From: a virus
Taxonomy: Duplodnaviria; Caudoviricetes
Reading direction: 5' to 3' (one strand)
Virus record (IMG/VR): IMGVR_UViG_2706795344_000001
Location: 32,001 to 96,000 of that record
DNA length: 64,000 nucleotides
Below are positions 47,184-57,177 of this stretch, piece after piece (position 1 is the first letter of the stretch; each line of letters starts with the position of its first letter). A program made the translations under genes and the position numbers. The notes below the pieces were generated by a model, which saw only the letters and a program-made list of their open reading frames with translations, was not told where the DNA came from and searched no databases.

Positions 47184-48137
47184 ATGGGTTTAAAAGAAGG
47201 TAAGCGTCCAATTGTGATAAAACAAACTAAGCCACAAATTACCATGGCTGGTACTGAGACGGTTCTAACAGTTAAGAAATATGCTCGTGAGATATTTTAC
47301 AATAATCTGTGGAATGAGTATCCTGAAGCGATTAAAAATCGTGGTGCTGTGTTTATTGGAGATACACCAGTAGTTTCTCCTATGGACAAATGCTTTAACT
47401 ACAAAGAGAATGGTGTTGGATTAGATGTTAGTGATGAAACCCATGTATATGTTTACCGTAAGGTGAATGGTTACATGGCTAATTTAACATACATCAATGG
47501 TATTGGTTGGATTATCTCAACTACTGGTGATGCAATGATTGTTGGGAATAAGACTGACAATAAGTATCTAAATATGGCCCAAGAATATTTTGAGCGTTTT
47601 GATGCTTATGCATATTATTTGGAACTGTCACAAGCTGTTGATTCTCGTATTGTTGAGTTGAAAGATCAGCCACCTTTGACAATCACCTTTGAGATTACAC
47701 ACCCAGATGACCCTCATATTGTGGAAGAGTTGTATGGTGTTTACGCTTTGTGTTATCAGATCGGTGATAATCAGCGACCATGTTTTAACATTTATACAGT
47801 GAAACATTGTGTTGTTCCTGTACGTGGAAAGCTTATGACATTTGGTCAAGCTAAAGCAGAGCTTCAAGAATGTAAACATGAAGGGTTTATGGTGTATAAC
47901 ATTAATCATAAATTATTATTCAAATTGAAGTCTCCTTATTACTTGGCAAAGAAATGGGTTCAGCGTCGTAGTGCAGACCATTTGTGGAGTCCTCTGTATA
48001 AGAGTCGTATGGAAGAGGAATACTACCCTATTGTTGTACGTATTCGTGAGAAGTTGACTAAGGAAGAGTGGGATGCTTTGGATGAGAAAGGTAAGTCAGC
48101 TTTATTCTTAGAAGTGTATAAGGAGTTGTTAGGTTAA
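47184..48137 (+). CDS. RNA ligase, Rnl1-like
   Basis: RG.V, KCFNY.E, RKVNG (motif I), FEI.HP, EGFMV and KLKSPYY. Confidence 0.8.
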   Translation: MGLKEGKRPIVIKQTKPQITMAGTETVLTVKKYAREIFYNNLWNEYPEAIKNRGAVFIGDTPVVSPMDKCFNYKENGVGLDVSDETHVYVYRKVNGYMANLTYINGIGWIISTTGDAMIVGNKTDNKYLNMAQEYFERFDAYAYYLELSQAVDSRIVELKDQPPLTITFEITHPDDPHIVEELYGVYALCYQIGDNQRPCFNIYTVKHCVVPVRGKLMTFGQAKAELQECKHEGFMVYNINHKLLFKLKSPYYLAKKWVQRRSADHLWSPLYKSRMEEEYYPIVVRIREKLTKEEWDALDEKGKSALFLEVYKELLG

Positions 48138-48550
48138 TGAATAATAAGATACTATGGTTTGTACGTGGTGTCTCAGGAGCTGGAAAGAGTACCGTAGCAA
48201 AAGTGTTACGGGAACAGCTACCATTTGGTTGTGGAACTGAGGCTGATGACTTTCGTTATATCGATGGTCGGTATGCATGGGAGGAGGTCCCAAATTATAT
48301 TGCACACCGTAAATGTTTTGATACTACAAAAGAATACTTGATAGATGGTCGTCAAAATGTGGTAGTATCCAATACATCGACAAGAAGTAAAGATGTTCGC
48401 AAGTATAAGAAGCTTGCAGAAGAATTTGGATATATGTTTATCTCTATTGTGGTTGAGAATTACCATGAGACAGGTAATACACACAATGTACCATATGCTA
48501 CACTTGTTGATATGGAAAATAAACTACGTGGTAGTATTAAATTAAAGTGA
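48137..48550 (+). CDS. Polynucleotide kinase-like P-loop kinase (AAA_33)
   Basis: VRGVSGAGKST, EADD, AH..C, VVVSNT and HNVP. Confidence 0.8.
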   Translation: MNNKILWFVRGVSGAGKSTVAKVLREQLPFGCGTEADDFRYIDGRYAWEEVPNYIAHRKCFDTTKEYLIDGRQNVVVSNTSTRSKDVRKYKKLAEEFGYMFISIVVENYHETGNTHNVPYATLVDMENKLRGSIKLK

Positions 48551-48557
48551 GATTATT

Positions 48558-48749
48558 ATGAAGCTTTTACGAGGTGGCGTACTTTGGGACTCAGAAGTAC
48601 ACAAGAAATTGATTGAAAAACTTGGTGGTGTTAAGGCTATTGAAGAAAAACTCAAACAAGGGTTGATGTTTGGTGAGCTTCACTATTATAAGAAAGCTAT
48701 TGAGATCAAAGATGCTTTTGAAGCACATAATGTAGAATTTAAACAGTGA
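48558..48749 (+). CDS. Hypothetical protein
   Basis: ORF in the operon. Confidence 0.5.
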   Translation: MKLLRGGVLWDSEVHKKLIEKLGGVKAIEEKLKQGLMFGELHYYKKAIEIKDAFEAHNVEFKQ

Positions 48750-48757
48750 GGTAAAAT

Positions 48758-49099
48758 ATGAATCGTAAGCAACGTAAAATTAAAAAGATGATCGCTCGTT
48801 TTCACACAGGACATACAGCAATCACTCCAACTCACAAACTCTTAGGTAAAGAGTGTTTCTTAAGAGCTGAGTATTGCAAAGATGCAACTACAGAAAAACT
48901 TGCTAAGGTTTTGGGCATAGATCGAGAGATGACCAGTGTATTGGTTTACTGCCCTTACTTAGAATCTATAAATTTTGGTCATGATGGTGGGGAACTTCAC
49001 AGATTCGCAAATGATCTACTATACAGAAACATTGACAAGTTTAAACCAAAGAAACATGGTTGTTGGTGGGTTGACATTAAAGATGTGAGATTCAAATAA
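48758..49099 (+). CDS. Hypothetical protein
   Basis: RBS GAGG; GHDG...GCWWV motif. Confidence 0.55.
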   Translation: MNRKQRKIKKMIARFHTGHTAITPTHKLLGKECFLRAEYCKDATTEKLAKVLGIDREMTSVLVYCPYLESINFGHDGGELHRFANDLLYRNIDKFKPKKHGCWWVDIKDVRFK

Positions 49100-49725
49100 T
49101 GGCTAAATTATCTACAAGTGATTTACATTTTGGACATGTGAATATTTTAAATTTTACAACCAGACATCATTTTATGGAGGCTGCGAGTATATGTGGAAAA
49201 GATTTTGGATTGACTATGGGTGTATTATCGCGTCTGGAGTCTCGCACATTAACCCCTGAAGATAAGGAGTTAATTAAGTCTAAGCATGATGCATGGTTAA
49301 TCTATTTCCTAAATTTGCAAATTGAAAGTGGTGATGTGATCTATCACGTTGGTGATTTTGCATTCTACAAGGATGTGAATAAGATTCGTGAAATCATTTT
49401 ACAGTTATCTGGTGACTGGATTTTCATTCTTGGTAATCATGACAATGAATCTGCACTACGTGAAGCTTGTAAAGGTACTCGACACAAAGTCGTAGGCCAC
49501 TATCATGAGGCCCATGTAAATCGTAAACGTGTGATTTTCTGCCACTACCCTATCGAGGAATGGAATCAATGTCACAACGGTTCATGGCATGTCTACGGGC
49601 ATCTTCATGGGAGTGAGGGTCATGGCGAGTTTAAGATTCGTAAAGACTTACCACGTCGTTTTGATACAGGAATTGATGCACACCCTAATTGCTTAATGTT
49701 TAACTTAGACGAGGTGATTCAATGA
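49099..49725 (+). CDS. Calcineurin-like metallophosphoesterase
   Basis: SDLHFGH, GD, GNHD, HYP and GHLH. Confidence 0.9.
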   Translation: MAKLSTSDLHFGHVNILNFTTRHHFMEAASICGKDFGLTMGVLSRLESRTLTPEDKELIKSKHDAWLIYFLNLQIESGDVIYHVGDFAFYKDVNKIREIILQLSGDWIFILGNHDNESALREACKGTRHKVVGHYHEAHVNRKRVIFCHYPIEEWNQCHNGSWHVYGHLHGSEGHGEFKIRKDLPRRFDTGIDAHPNCLMFNLDEVIQ

Positions 49726-49907
49726 GTTTATTCACAGTGGGTAATGACGTTGGATTAGCTGCCGATCATCTGAATTTTGCAATCGAGGCTTTAGAAGATT
49801 GTGACATTGATGGTGAGGCTATGGATTCATTACGTGAGGCCCAGCAACGATTAGATCAAGCTATGGCTGAGATTGCAGATTTGAGAGGTAAGTATGGCGA
49901 AGCATAG
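49722..49907 (+). CDS. Hypothetical helical protein
   Basis: ATGA-coupled ORF. Confidence 0.5.
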   Translation: MSLFTVGNDVGLAADHLNFAIEALEDCDIDGEAMDSLREAQQRLDQAMAEIADLRGKYGEA

Positions 49908-50063
49908 TCAAGCTACGAAAGACTTTAAGCAGAAACACTACCAAGACATTCGTGTCAAATATGGTTGTGGTGTATGTTTACAGCAAGGTGGGGAGGCAGT
50001 TGTTCTTGATAAGGTTGGAGCTAAGAAATTGATTAAAGAACTTAGTTCTTGGATTGATAGTAA

Positions 50064-50333
50064 ATGATGATACATGGCAGAAAGACTACATATAAGGATT
50101 CGGTTCAACGTCTCCTTAATTGTGGTGCTGACCTTGAATCAATGATGATTGATATGCTTGAGTTTGAAAAGAATCTTACTGCTGGTCTAAAGGAACGTCA
50201 CTGGACAGCCTCATTTCACGTAGGAGGAGAGTTAAAGTCTTTGACTATAGTACCAGAGGGAACAGAGCTTTCATTCCGTGTGCAGGATTTGGCGAAGTAT
50301 AGGGTGTTATTGACACCAGAGGAGTTGAGATAA
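50064..50333 (+). CDS. Hypothetical protein
   Basis: ORF in the operon. Confidence 0.5.
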   Translation: MMIHGRKTTYKDSVQRLLNCGADLESMMIDMLEFEKNLTAGLKERHWTASFHVGGELKSLTIVPEGTELSFRVQDLAKYRVLLTPEELR

Positions 50334-50566
50334 TGCCTATATGTGTTGGTGGGCCTTTACATTATCAACATGCATTATGTGGGGATTATATATATACACA
50401 TGATCGTGGAAGAGTTGTTAAGTCTTATGTGTTGAGAGAGTATTGGTACAACGATGGGTCGGTTAAAAAGATTCAACTATACCAACACTGCTCATACTCT
50501 GATGAATGCATCATAAAATTCCTAAATGAGAAATTTAATTTGAACCCTGTTGAGAAAAAGTCTTGA
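50333..50566 (+). CDS. Hypothetical protein (GGP.H motif)
   Basis: TAATG coupling; CVGGPLH. Confidence 0.5.
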   Translation: MPICVGGPLHYQHALCGDYIYTHDRGRVVKSYVLREYWYNDGSVKKIQLYQHCSYSDECIIKFLNEKFNLNPVEKKS

Positions 50567-50591
50567 CAGGGCTTTTTTATACCTGTAATAT
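50545..50591 (+). promoter_or_regulatory. Terminator-like hairpin whose 3' arm carries a -35 box
   Basis: CCCTGTTGAGA...TCTTGACAGGG followed by a T run; TTGACA-17-TAATAT. Confidence 0.55.
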
Positions 50592-50621
50592 TCACCACAT
50601 AGACAAACATCGGAGCTATAA

Positions 50622-51165
50622 AATGGGAATGCAAAGAACTTTAGAATTTGCAATTTGGAATTTACCATATGAAGATATCGTAAATAAAACATTGTTTGAA
50701 TTATTGGGCAAGAAGGAGACCATAGAAAGTTTTCTTGATGCTTTTAAAAAATTAAAATCTTTACAAAGATTTGATGAGTTCTATCTTTACAAGATTGGTA
50801 ATCGTAAAGTGGTGGACTACATCTCAACTCTACGGGAGTTAAATGGTCAAGTGGGTACAAAATTGTACAAAGTTGAGCACAATGCATTGATGACAGGATT
50901 ACTACGTAGTGCTGGTATCTTAAATGGCGAGTTGTTCATAACTCTGTATCCTAACTTTATGAGAAAGATGAATGTAGCAGCTCAAGCTCATATGGGAAAC
51001 CTTAAATCAGAAGCAGAAATTAACGATGGAAAGCGCCATAACATCTATGTTATTTATGATGAGTCTGGATTGATTAGCCATGAGAATTCTAAAGCTCTTG
51101 GTGTACCTATGGGGCATTGGTTAAATCCACGAGACAATTCTAAAAAATCGTTGACAGATATTTAA
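50622..51165 (+). CDS. Hypothetical protein
   Basis: RBS GGAG before the ATG near 50622, downstream of the promoter. Confidence 0.55.
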
Positions 51166-51179
51166 TTTTTAATTATATT
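51151..51179 (+). promoter_or_regulatory. Sigma70-type promoter
   Basis: TTGACA-17-TATATT. Confidence 0.6.
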
Positions 51180-51212
51180 TAATTCACAAACAAACAAACT
51201 GGAGTAAAGAAA

Positions 51213-51353
51213 ATGTCGAAGTTCACTAAGCCATCACAAGATAAAGATCAGTTCGAATCTTATCATGATGAACGTAAACAACGTGGACGTAAACGTCATG
51301 ATGGTGGTAAAAAAGTGAAATCATCAACTAAATGGTATGATCGGATGAATTGA
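51213..51353 (+). CDS. Small basic protein (46 aa, MSKFTKPSQD...)
   Basis: RBS GGAG; first ORF after a promoter; not in the ORF track. Confidence 0.55.
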   Translation: MSKFTKPSQDKDQFESYHDERKQRGRKRHDGGKKVKSSTKWYDRMN

Positions 51354-51354
51354 T

Positions 51355-51927
51355 ATGAGGAAAGTCCTTAAAAATGATGCTTTGGAAAACGGCAACTTTA
51401 TTTTAATGTGTTACCAAGATGTACTAAGAGTGTTGAAGGCTATTCAGAAAGGTGAGGGGCCTCCAGAATGGTTTGGATGCCATTTTGGTACATGTAAGAA
51501 TACTGAACGTGCTGCAAAACGATATGGTTTTGGTGATTGGCATCTTCTTAAATTGAAACGAGATGTGGTAGATAAAGAAATTGCTATCAGACATGGAGTT
51601 TCAGATGTAGATACTTTACTTAGCCTTTTCTGGATATGTGAGCAGCTTGGGAATGGTGGTGACAAAGATCAGAAAGTATTTGTAGACAGAAATTCAAGGC
51701 CATGTTATCCTGTCATTGCAGAGTATGAAGGCATTGATGTAGCAAAATCCTACCTTAAAAGTTGTGCTTATGGTACACTATATCAAGGATTGCAACTAGA
51801 AGCTCGTATAAGTTTGCTAGAATACAAATGTAAAGTTTTACACAACGAATTATCGGAAATGTTCCAGAATGCTAAGAAGCCTGTAACACATGAAGATGTG
51901 AAGAAAAGATTAGAGGATTTTAAATGA
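51355..51927 (+). CDS. Hypothetical protein
   Basis: 190 aa ORF; G.C.N...YPV pattern. Confidence 0.6.
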   Translation: MRKVLKNDALENGNFILMCYQDVLRVLKAIQKGEGPPEWFGCHFGTCKNTERAAKRYGFGDWHLLKLKRDVVDKEIAIRHGVSDVDTLLSLFWICEQLGNGGDKDQKVFVDRNSRPCYPVIAEYEGIDVAKSYLKSCAYGTLYQGLQLEARISLLEYKCKVLHNELSEMFQNAKKPVTHEDVKKRLEDFK

Positions 51928-53027
51928 TGAAATTTATTAAGTACCCAAGCATTAAACGTTTGACAGAACGTGCTATCCATGAGTTGGATAAACTGCCATT
52001 TGATTTGCCTGTATTTGTCGTGACTGAGAAGTTGCATGGGGCTAATATGGGGATTTACTGTGATGGTGAAACAATCCGTATTGCCAAACGTGAGGGATTC
52101 CAAGACGAATGTGAAACGAAAAACTTCTTTGATTCAGCTCGTGTTGCAGAAAAATATAGTGAAAGCATTCTTGGTCTGGTTAGAAGTTGGAATCTTGTGA
52201 AGAAGTCTCATGGGCTTGAGGGATATGCTTATTATATCTTCTTAGGTGAATTGTTTGGTGGTGGTATTCACAAAGGTACACCGTACAGTATGGAGCAAGA
52301 TTTTGCTTTGTTCAACATCTTTACTGTTATTGATGATACTGAAGCTAACCGTGAGTATGTTAAGAAATTGTGTGCAGCTTATTTTGAAGATGAAGTCAAT
52401 GGTAAGTTGGTGTTGATGCCTCAGTCTCGTGAACGTATTGTTAATATCGCAAAGTATATCAATTGTAAGGTTCTGGATATCCTGTTTAAAGGTACATTAG
52501 AAGAGTGTGCTCAATTCGCAAATGATTTCGAATCACACTTTGTATGTCCTAATAGAGTTCGTGAATCTGGTGTTGAGAAACACGGTGATGATGCTGTGAA
52601 GAATTTATGCATTACAGAGGGTGTAATTATAGAGCCATTCTATTACACAAATTACAAAGGTAATAACTTCACTTACAAGAGTAAGAATGCTAAGTTTGAA
52701 GAGAAGTATGCTACAGGATATAAACCTAAAGTGTCTTTAGTACAAAAAGCAATTGATAACCTTACAGAAGATCAGGCAGAGATGTTGTATACTTTGAATG
52801 AGTATCTGGTGATGCCACGTTACCAATCTGTTGTCAGTAAGATGGGTGAAGTGACAATCAAAGACTTCTCAAAAGTTTTGAAAGCTTTTGTTGAGGATGT
52901 CCTTAAGGATGCTAAAGAAGACTTTGCCGAAGATGGTAAAGAGTTTGTTAAACCAACTAAAGACATGATGATGTTATTCACAAATGAAGTGAAATCATAT
53001 ATCCGTCCAATCTTATTAGGAGAGTAA
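51924..53027 (+). CDS. RNA ligase, Rnl2-like
   Basis: F.KYPSI, TEKLHGAN, GELFGG, F..F.I, EGVII and K.KN.KF.E; Rnl2-type C-terminal domain (R..SVVSKMG). Confidence 0.85.
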   Translation: MMKFIKYPSIKRLTERAIHELDKLPFDLPVFVVTEKLHGANMGIYCDGETIRIAKREGFQDECETKNFFDSARVAEKYSESILGLVRSWNLVKKSHGLEGYAYYIFLGELFGGGIHKGTPYSMEQDFALFNIFTVIDDTEANREYVKKLCAAYFEDEVNGKLVLMPQSRERIVNIAKYINCKVLDILFKGTLEECAQFANDFESHFVCPNRVRESGVEKHGDDAVKNLCITEGVIIEPFYYTNYKGNNFTYKSKNAKFEEKYATGYKPKVSLVQKAIDNLTEDQAEMLYTLNEYLVMPRYQSVVSKMGEVTIKDFSKVLKAFVEDVLKDAKEDFAEDGKEFVKPTKDMMMLFTNEVKSYIRPILLGE

Positions 53028-53029
53028 AA

Positions 53030-53968
53030 ATGGGTGTAGCCATTCATAAATATATCAGCTTACGTACACCTAAAGAGCAGATTGAGTTGGATATATCTTC
53101 ATTTGCTGATGGGACTAAACGTGTGATCATTCCAGATATTGATCAGTTTGATATGCAGAAAGAATTTCGAATAGATGTGTACCATCGTAGTTTGGACGAC
53201 ATCATGATTGTTGCACAGATTGTAGATATTATACGTCGTAATACACGTATAATTCCAGACATTACATTGACACTAAACTCTCCAGCATATATGCGATATG
53301 ATCGTGTAATGTTGAAGACTCGTCGAGATGCTTTTGTTCTCAACCAGTTTGCTGATATGCTTAAGTGTACAGGTGTAAACAAAATCCTTGTCTTAGACCC
53401 ACATAGCGAAGTCTTTCGTGAGTTGATGAATCTTAAGGGTGTAATGACTATTGAGTTGCGTCAATCTGGTTGTCTTGATGATGTGGTTCGTGAGTATATG
53501 GACCTTGGTATGTATCCTATCACAAGTAATATGCAAACCAAATATGATATCTTAGTTCCAGATGCTGGAGCAGCTAAGAAATGGTCTGCCTCACGAGGTC
53601 GTAAGATTTACAACTCTACAAAGAGTCGTAATCCAAAGACAGGTCATCTATCTGACTTTGCTATTGATGATGCTGACTTTGAAAAATTGATGCAGAGTAA
53701 GCAAGAGCGTTTGTTGATTGTAGATGATATCTGTGAAAATGGTGGGACCTTCATAGGATGCGTTGAGATGCTACGTAAGCGAGGCTTTACTAAACCTGTG
53801 GATTTATATGTAACACATGGAATCTTTCCTAAACACGAGCCTATGTTGCTTATGGGAGAGACATTTGAGAACATTTATATCCATAGTTGTAAGTTGGACA
53901 CATACAATGCCTTAAATACTTTCTGCAACTCTAAAATATTTGCATTAAATACTTATACTGGTTATTGA
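53030..53968 (+). CDS. adps: PRPP-synthetase homologue, likely Adps (ADPR-PP synthetase) of NARP1
   Basis: F.DG, Y.RYDR, LDPHS, VPDAGA.K, K.R, LIVDDICENGGTF and YVTHGIF; paired with a NAMPT homologue. Confidence 0.75.
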   Translation: MGVAIHKYISLRTPKEQIELDISSFADGTKRVIIPDIDQFDMQKEFRIDVYHRSLDDIMIVAQIVDIIRRNTRIIPDITLTLNSPAYMRYDRVMLKTRRDAFVLNQFADMLKCTGVNKILVLDPHSEVFRELMNLKGVMTIELRQSGCLDDVVREYMDLGMYPITSNMQTKYDILVPDAGAAKKWSASRGRKIYNSTKSRNPKTGHLSDFAIDDADFEKLMQSKQERLLIVDDICENGGTFIGCVEMLRKRGFTKPVDLYVTHGIFPKHEPMLLMGETFENIYIHSCKLDTYNALNTFCNSKIFALNTYTGY

Positions 53969-53998
53969 CAGGTACGTGGGGGCATAGTAATATGCTCT
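53965..53998 (+). promoter_or_regulatory. Sigma70-type promoter with -10 in a hairpin
   Basis: TTGACA-17-TAATAT; GGGCATA-gtaa-TATGCTC. Confidence 0.55.
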
Positions 53999-54020
53999 CA
54001 CAATTTTTATGAGGTGCTTT

Positions 54021-54242
54021 ATGAAAGCAAAGATTATAGCAAGTCAGGAAAGCCTTATTGGTATGTGTCTTGGCGGTGTTACGGTACAAGGGAAACCACT
54101 GGAAGCTGGGCTAATTATTGAAGTAGAGCTTGCTGATCACGATGTTAGTGGTAATGTATACTCATTCATTGGTGAGCTGGGTGATGATGAAGGTGTCCTA
54201 TGGTTCATCTATGGTGATTTATTAGAGATTATTGAGGAGTAA
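54021..54242 (+). CDS. Small hypothetical protein
   Basis: RBS GAGGTG before ATG 54021. Confidence 0.55.
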   Translation: MKAKIIASQESLIGMCLGGVTVQGKPLEAGLIIEVELADHDVSGNVYSFIGELGDDEGVLWFIYGDLLEIIEE

Positions 54243-54247
54243 TTTAA

Positions 54248-56064
54248 TGACATTTTTGGAAAAGAAAGCTTTACTAGAAGAACAAATGTTTGATGCTGTA
54301 CCAAAAGTAAATCCATTCTTATATTGGACAGACTCATATAAAGATTCTCACATTCGTTTCGAAGTTGAAGGTGTTAAGTACATCTATTCAAATGCTACGG
54401 CTCGTTTTGGAACTTACATGCGTGAATTGCTAGGTGATTATTACACTGATGAATTTGTTGTATTTGGTATTCAGTGGATGCTTGCACGTTTCCACGCTAT
54501 GGCTAAGATTGGGTTCTTTGATCGACCTAAACAAGAAGTCTTGGATGAGATGTTAGATGTTCTTGGACCTTATATCGGTGAAACTGATGTTAGTCGTTTT
54601 GGTGATCTGCATGATCTTGGCTATGTACCATTAATCTTTAAGGCATTACCTGAAGGTACAGTTGCACCTATTGGTACTCCATTCTATACATGTGAGAATA
54701 CATTGCCAGAGTTCGAGTGGCTATCTAATTTCTTAGAATCTGGTATGTCTACCGATACTTGGAAACAGTTGACAGTTGCTACAGTAGCATATGCTTTCCG
54801 TAAGATCAGTAACCAGTTTGCTTTGGAGACTCAGGGTACTCTTGAAGGGACAGAGTGGCAGAATCATGACTTCTCAACACGTGGTCAGTCTGGTTTTGAG
54901 TCTGGTGCAATTAATGGTGTAGCATTCTTGCTTAGCTCTTGTGGTACTGACAATAAGCCATCGTTGTGGGCTGCTAAAACATTCTATATGAGTGAGAACT
55001 CAAGTGATGTAGTGTTATGTGGTTCTGTTCCTGCTGGTGAGCATAGTGTTTCGACGTTAGGTATTCAGTCTTATATTAAAAAGGCTCAGATGGATGGTGA
55101 AGAGTTATCTTTACTTGATGCGGAAATTAAGTACGCTAAGTTTATCGCTACTGAACGTTTCCCTAAAGGTATTGTCTCTTATGTCGCAGATTCATATGAT
55201 TATTGGTCATTCATTACTAAAGTTCTTCCAGCTATTAAAGAAGATATTTTGGCTCGTGATGGTAAATTTGTTGTTCGGGGTGACTCTGGCAATCCTATTA
55301 ATATTATTGCTGGCTATCGTATTTTCGATGCTGATACAGATACTCGTGTTAAAGGTAAATTTAATACCATTACTCAGTTGATGTTGAACACACATTTATG
55401 GTGGGACTCTAAATGGGAAGTGGTTAAATTTAAAGACCAGTATTACCGTATTACCGAAGAGGGTATCGGCATTGAGGAAATCTCAGGTGAAGAGGCTCAC
55501 GGAACTATTCAATGTCTGTGGAATGAGTTTGGTGGCACTGTAAATGATCTTGGATTTAAACATTTAGATTCTCATATTGGTATGATTTATGGTGATGGGA
55601 TTACCATCCAACGCTCTGTGGAAATCTTATCTCGATTAAAAGAGAAAGGTTTTGCATCTACTAACATTGTGTTTGGTGTAGGTAGCTACTCGTTGAACAT
55701 GTTGTCTCGTGACCATCTTGGTATTGCTATTAAGGCAACCAATGCAATCATTGACATTAATGGTGAAGACGTAGAGATGCCAATCTACAAGGACCCTAAG
55801 ACAGATACAAGCAAGAAATCTGCTAAAGGTTATTTGGTGGTATCTGCTGATAAAGAGGGTAACATCATTACTTTGGATGAACAGAGTCGTGAAGCAGCTT
55901 TACGTACAGGACTATTAGAAACTGTGTATATGAATGGGCAATTCCAAGTATTAACTACAGTACCAGAGATTCGTGAACGTTTGTGGAATCCTAAGTCCTT
56001 AGCTCCTCCTGTAGTTGAAGAGCCAGAAGCTGAGCAAACTCAACCAGAGGAGTCTGTAGAGTAA
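54248..56064 (+). CDS. namat: Nicotinamide phosphoribosyltransferase homologue, likely Namat of NARP1 (start approximate)
   Basis: TDSYK.SH, HDFSTRG, GTD, SVPAGEHSV, SYVADSYD, RGDSG, IYGDGIT, FGVGS, KAT, KDPKTD and KKSAKG. Confidence 0.8.
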
Positions 56065-56534
56065 TGATTGAGGAACGCATCAAAGGTGATGTGTTCCCTT
56101 ATCTTATGAGGAAAAACAATAATTTCGATGCATTCGTGCATGGTTGTAATTGTTTCTGCACTATGGGTAAGGGGATAGCTCCATTGGTAAAGAAAAACTT
56201 TCCTGTAGCTTATGAAGCTGATTTGTTGACAGAGAAAGGTGATCGAAGTAAGCTTGGTGACTATACGTGGGCTTGGGTGAATGAGTATAAACTTGAAATT
56301 ATCAATGCTTACACTCAGTATGACTATAGAAGAGCGTATGGCGATTCAGATGTGAATGTCAGTTACCATGCGATTCGAGAAGTGTTCAGGAAACTTAACA
56401 AAGATTATCGAGGCAGTCGAGTTGCGATACCTAAGATCGGTGCTGGGTTAGCTGGTGGAGATTGGGAGTTGATAGAAAAGATTATCAATGAAGAGACACC
56501 AGACCTACACATTACATTGTTTTATTTAGATTAA
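56064..56534 (+). CDS. Macrodomain protein (ADP-ribose binding/hydrolase)
   Basis: GD, HGCNCFCTMGKGIA, INAYTQ and PKIGAGLAGGDW. Confidence 0.9.
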   Translation: MIEERIKGDVFPYLMRKNNNFDAFVHGCNCFCTMGKGIAPLVKKNFPVAYEADLLTEKGDRSKLGDYTWAWVNEYKLEIINAYTQYDYRRAYGDSDVNVSYHAIREVFRKLNKDYRGSRVAIPKIGAGLAGGDWELIEKIINEETPDLHITLFYLD

Positions 56535-56545
56535 AATATTCAAAT

Positions 56546-56590
56546 AAGGGTGAGCTAATGCTTGCCCTTTATTTTTATCTGTAGTATAGT
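56546..56590 (+). terminator. Intrinsic terminator overlapping a promoter
   Basis: AAGGGTGAGC-taat-GCTTGCCCTT; TTGCCC-17-TATAGT. Confidence 0.65.
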
Positions 56591-56625
56591 AAGCCGTACA
56601 TAAACAACCTATAAAGGTCTATCAA

Positions 56626-57177
56626 GTGAAACTGTATAGAATTGAACATATTATGACTCAAAAAGGGTTCTTTAGAACTGATTGGACTGACGTAAAACCG
56701 TTTTACGAAGCATTGTTATCTGAAGGTCAGATATCTCAAGAAGTTTTTGATAAGGTCTATAGAGCTGTATGGGATATCGATGATGGTACTTCATACACAT
56801 CACATCCAAATCCATGGGATGAAGCCGAGAATTTTGACTACGAGACGGAACAGAAAGTACGTTGGATGTTATCTGCTACTGGAGATTGGCTCACGAACAC
56901 CTACCCAGAAAGGGAAGAGGAGATTGAGACTCGGTATACCTCTACAAGTAGGGAACGTGGCGTATGTGGTTGTCCAAATCTTAAGGTTTTATCAACATGG
57001 ATTGATGAAGGTATTATAGACTCATTTAAAATAGCTGGGTATCAATTGTTTGAGTTAGAATTAAAACCCGATGCCATATATGTCCCTATGAAGTACCAAG
57101 TCGTATACTTCAAAAGTGATGTAGTTAAACAAACAGAATTAAGTTTTGATTTATTAAAAGGTGAAGCAAATGTTTGA
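56626..57177 (+). CDS. Hypothetical protein, possible ADP-ribosyltransferase-like fold
   Basis: LYRIEH, HPNP, CGC....L..W, G.QL.EL and QVVY. Confidence 0.45.
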   Translation: MKLYRIEHIMTQKGFFRTDWTDVKPFYEALLSEGQISQEVFDKVYRAVWDIDDGTSYTSHPNPWDEAENFDYETEQKVRWMLSATGDWLTNTYPEREEEIETRYTSTSRERGVCGCPNLKVLSTWIDEGIIDSFKIAGYQLFELELKPDAIYVPMKYQVVYFKSDVVKQTELSFDLLKGEANV

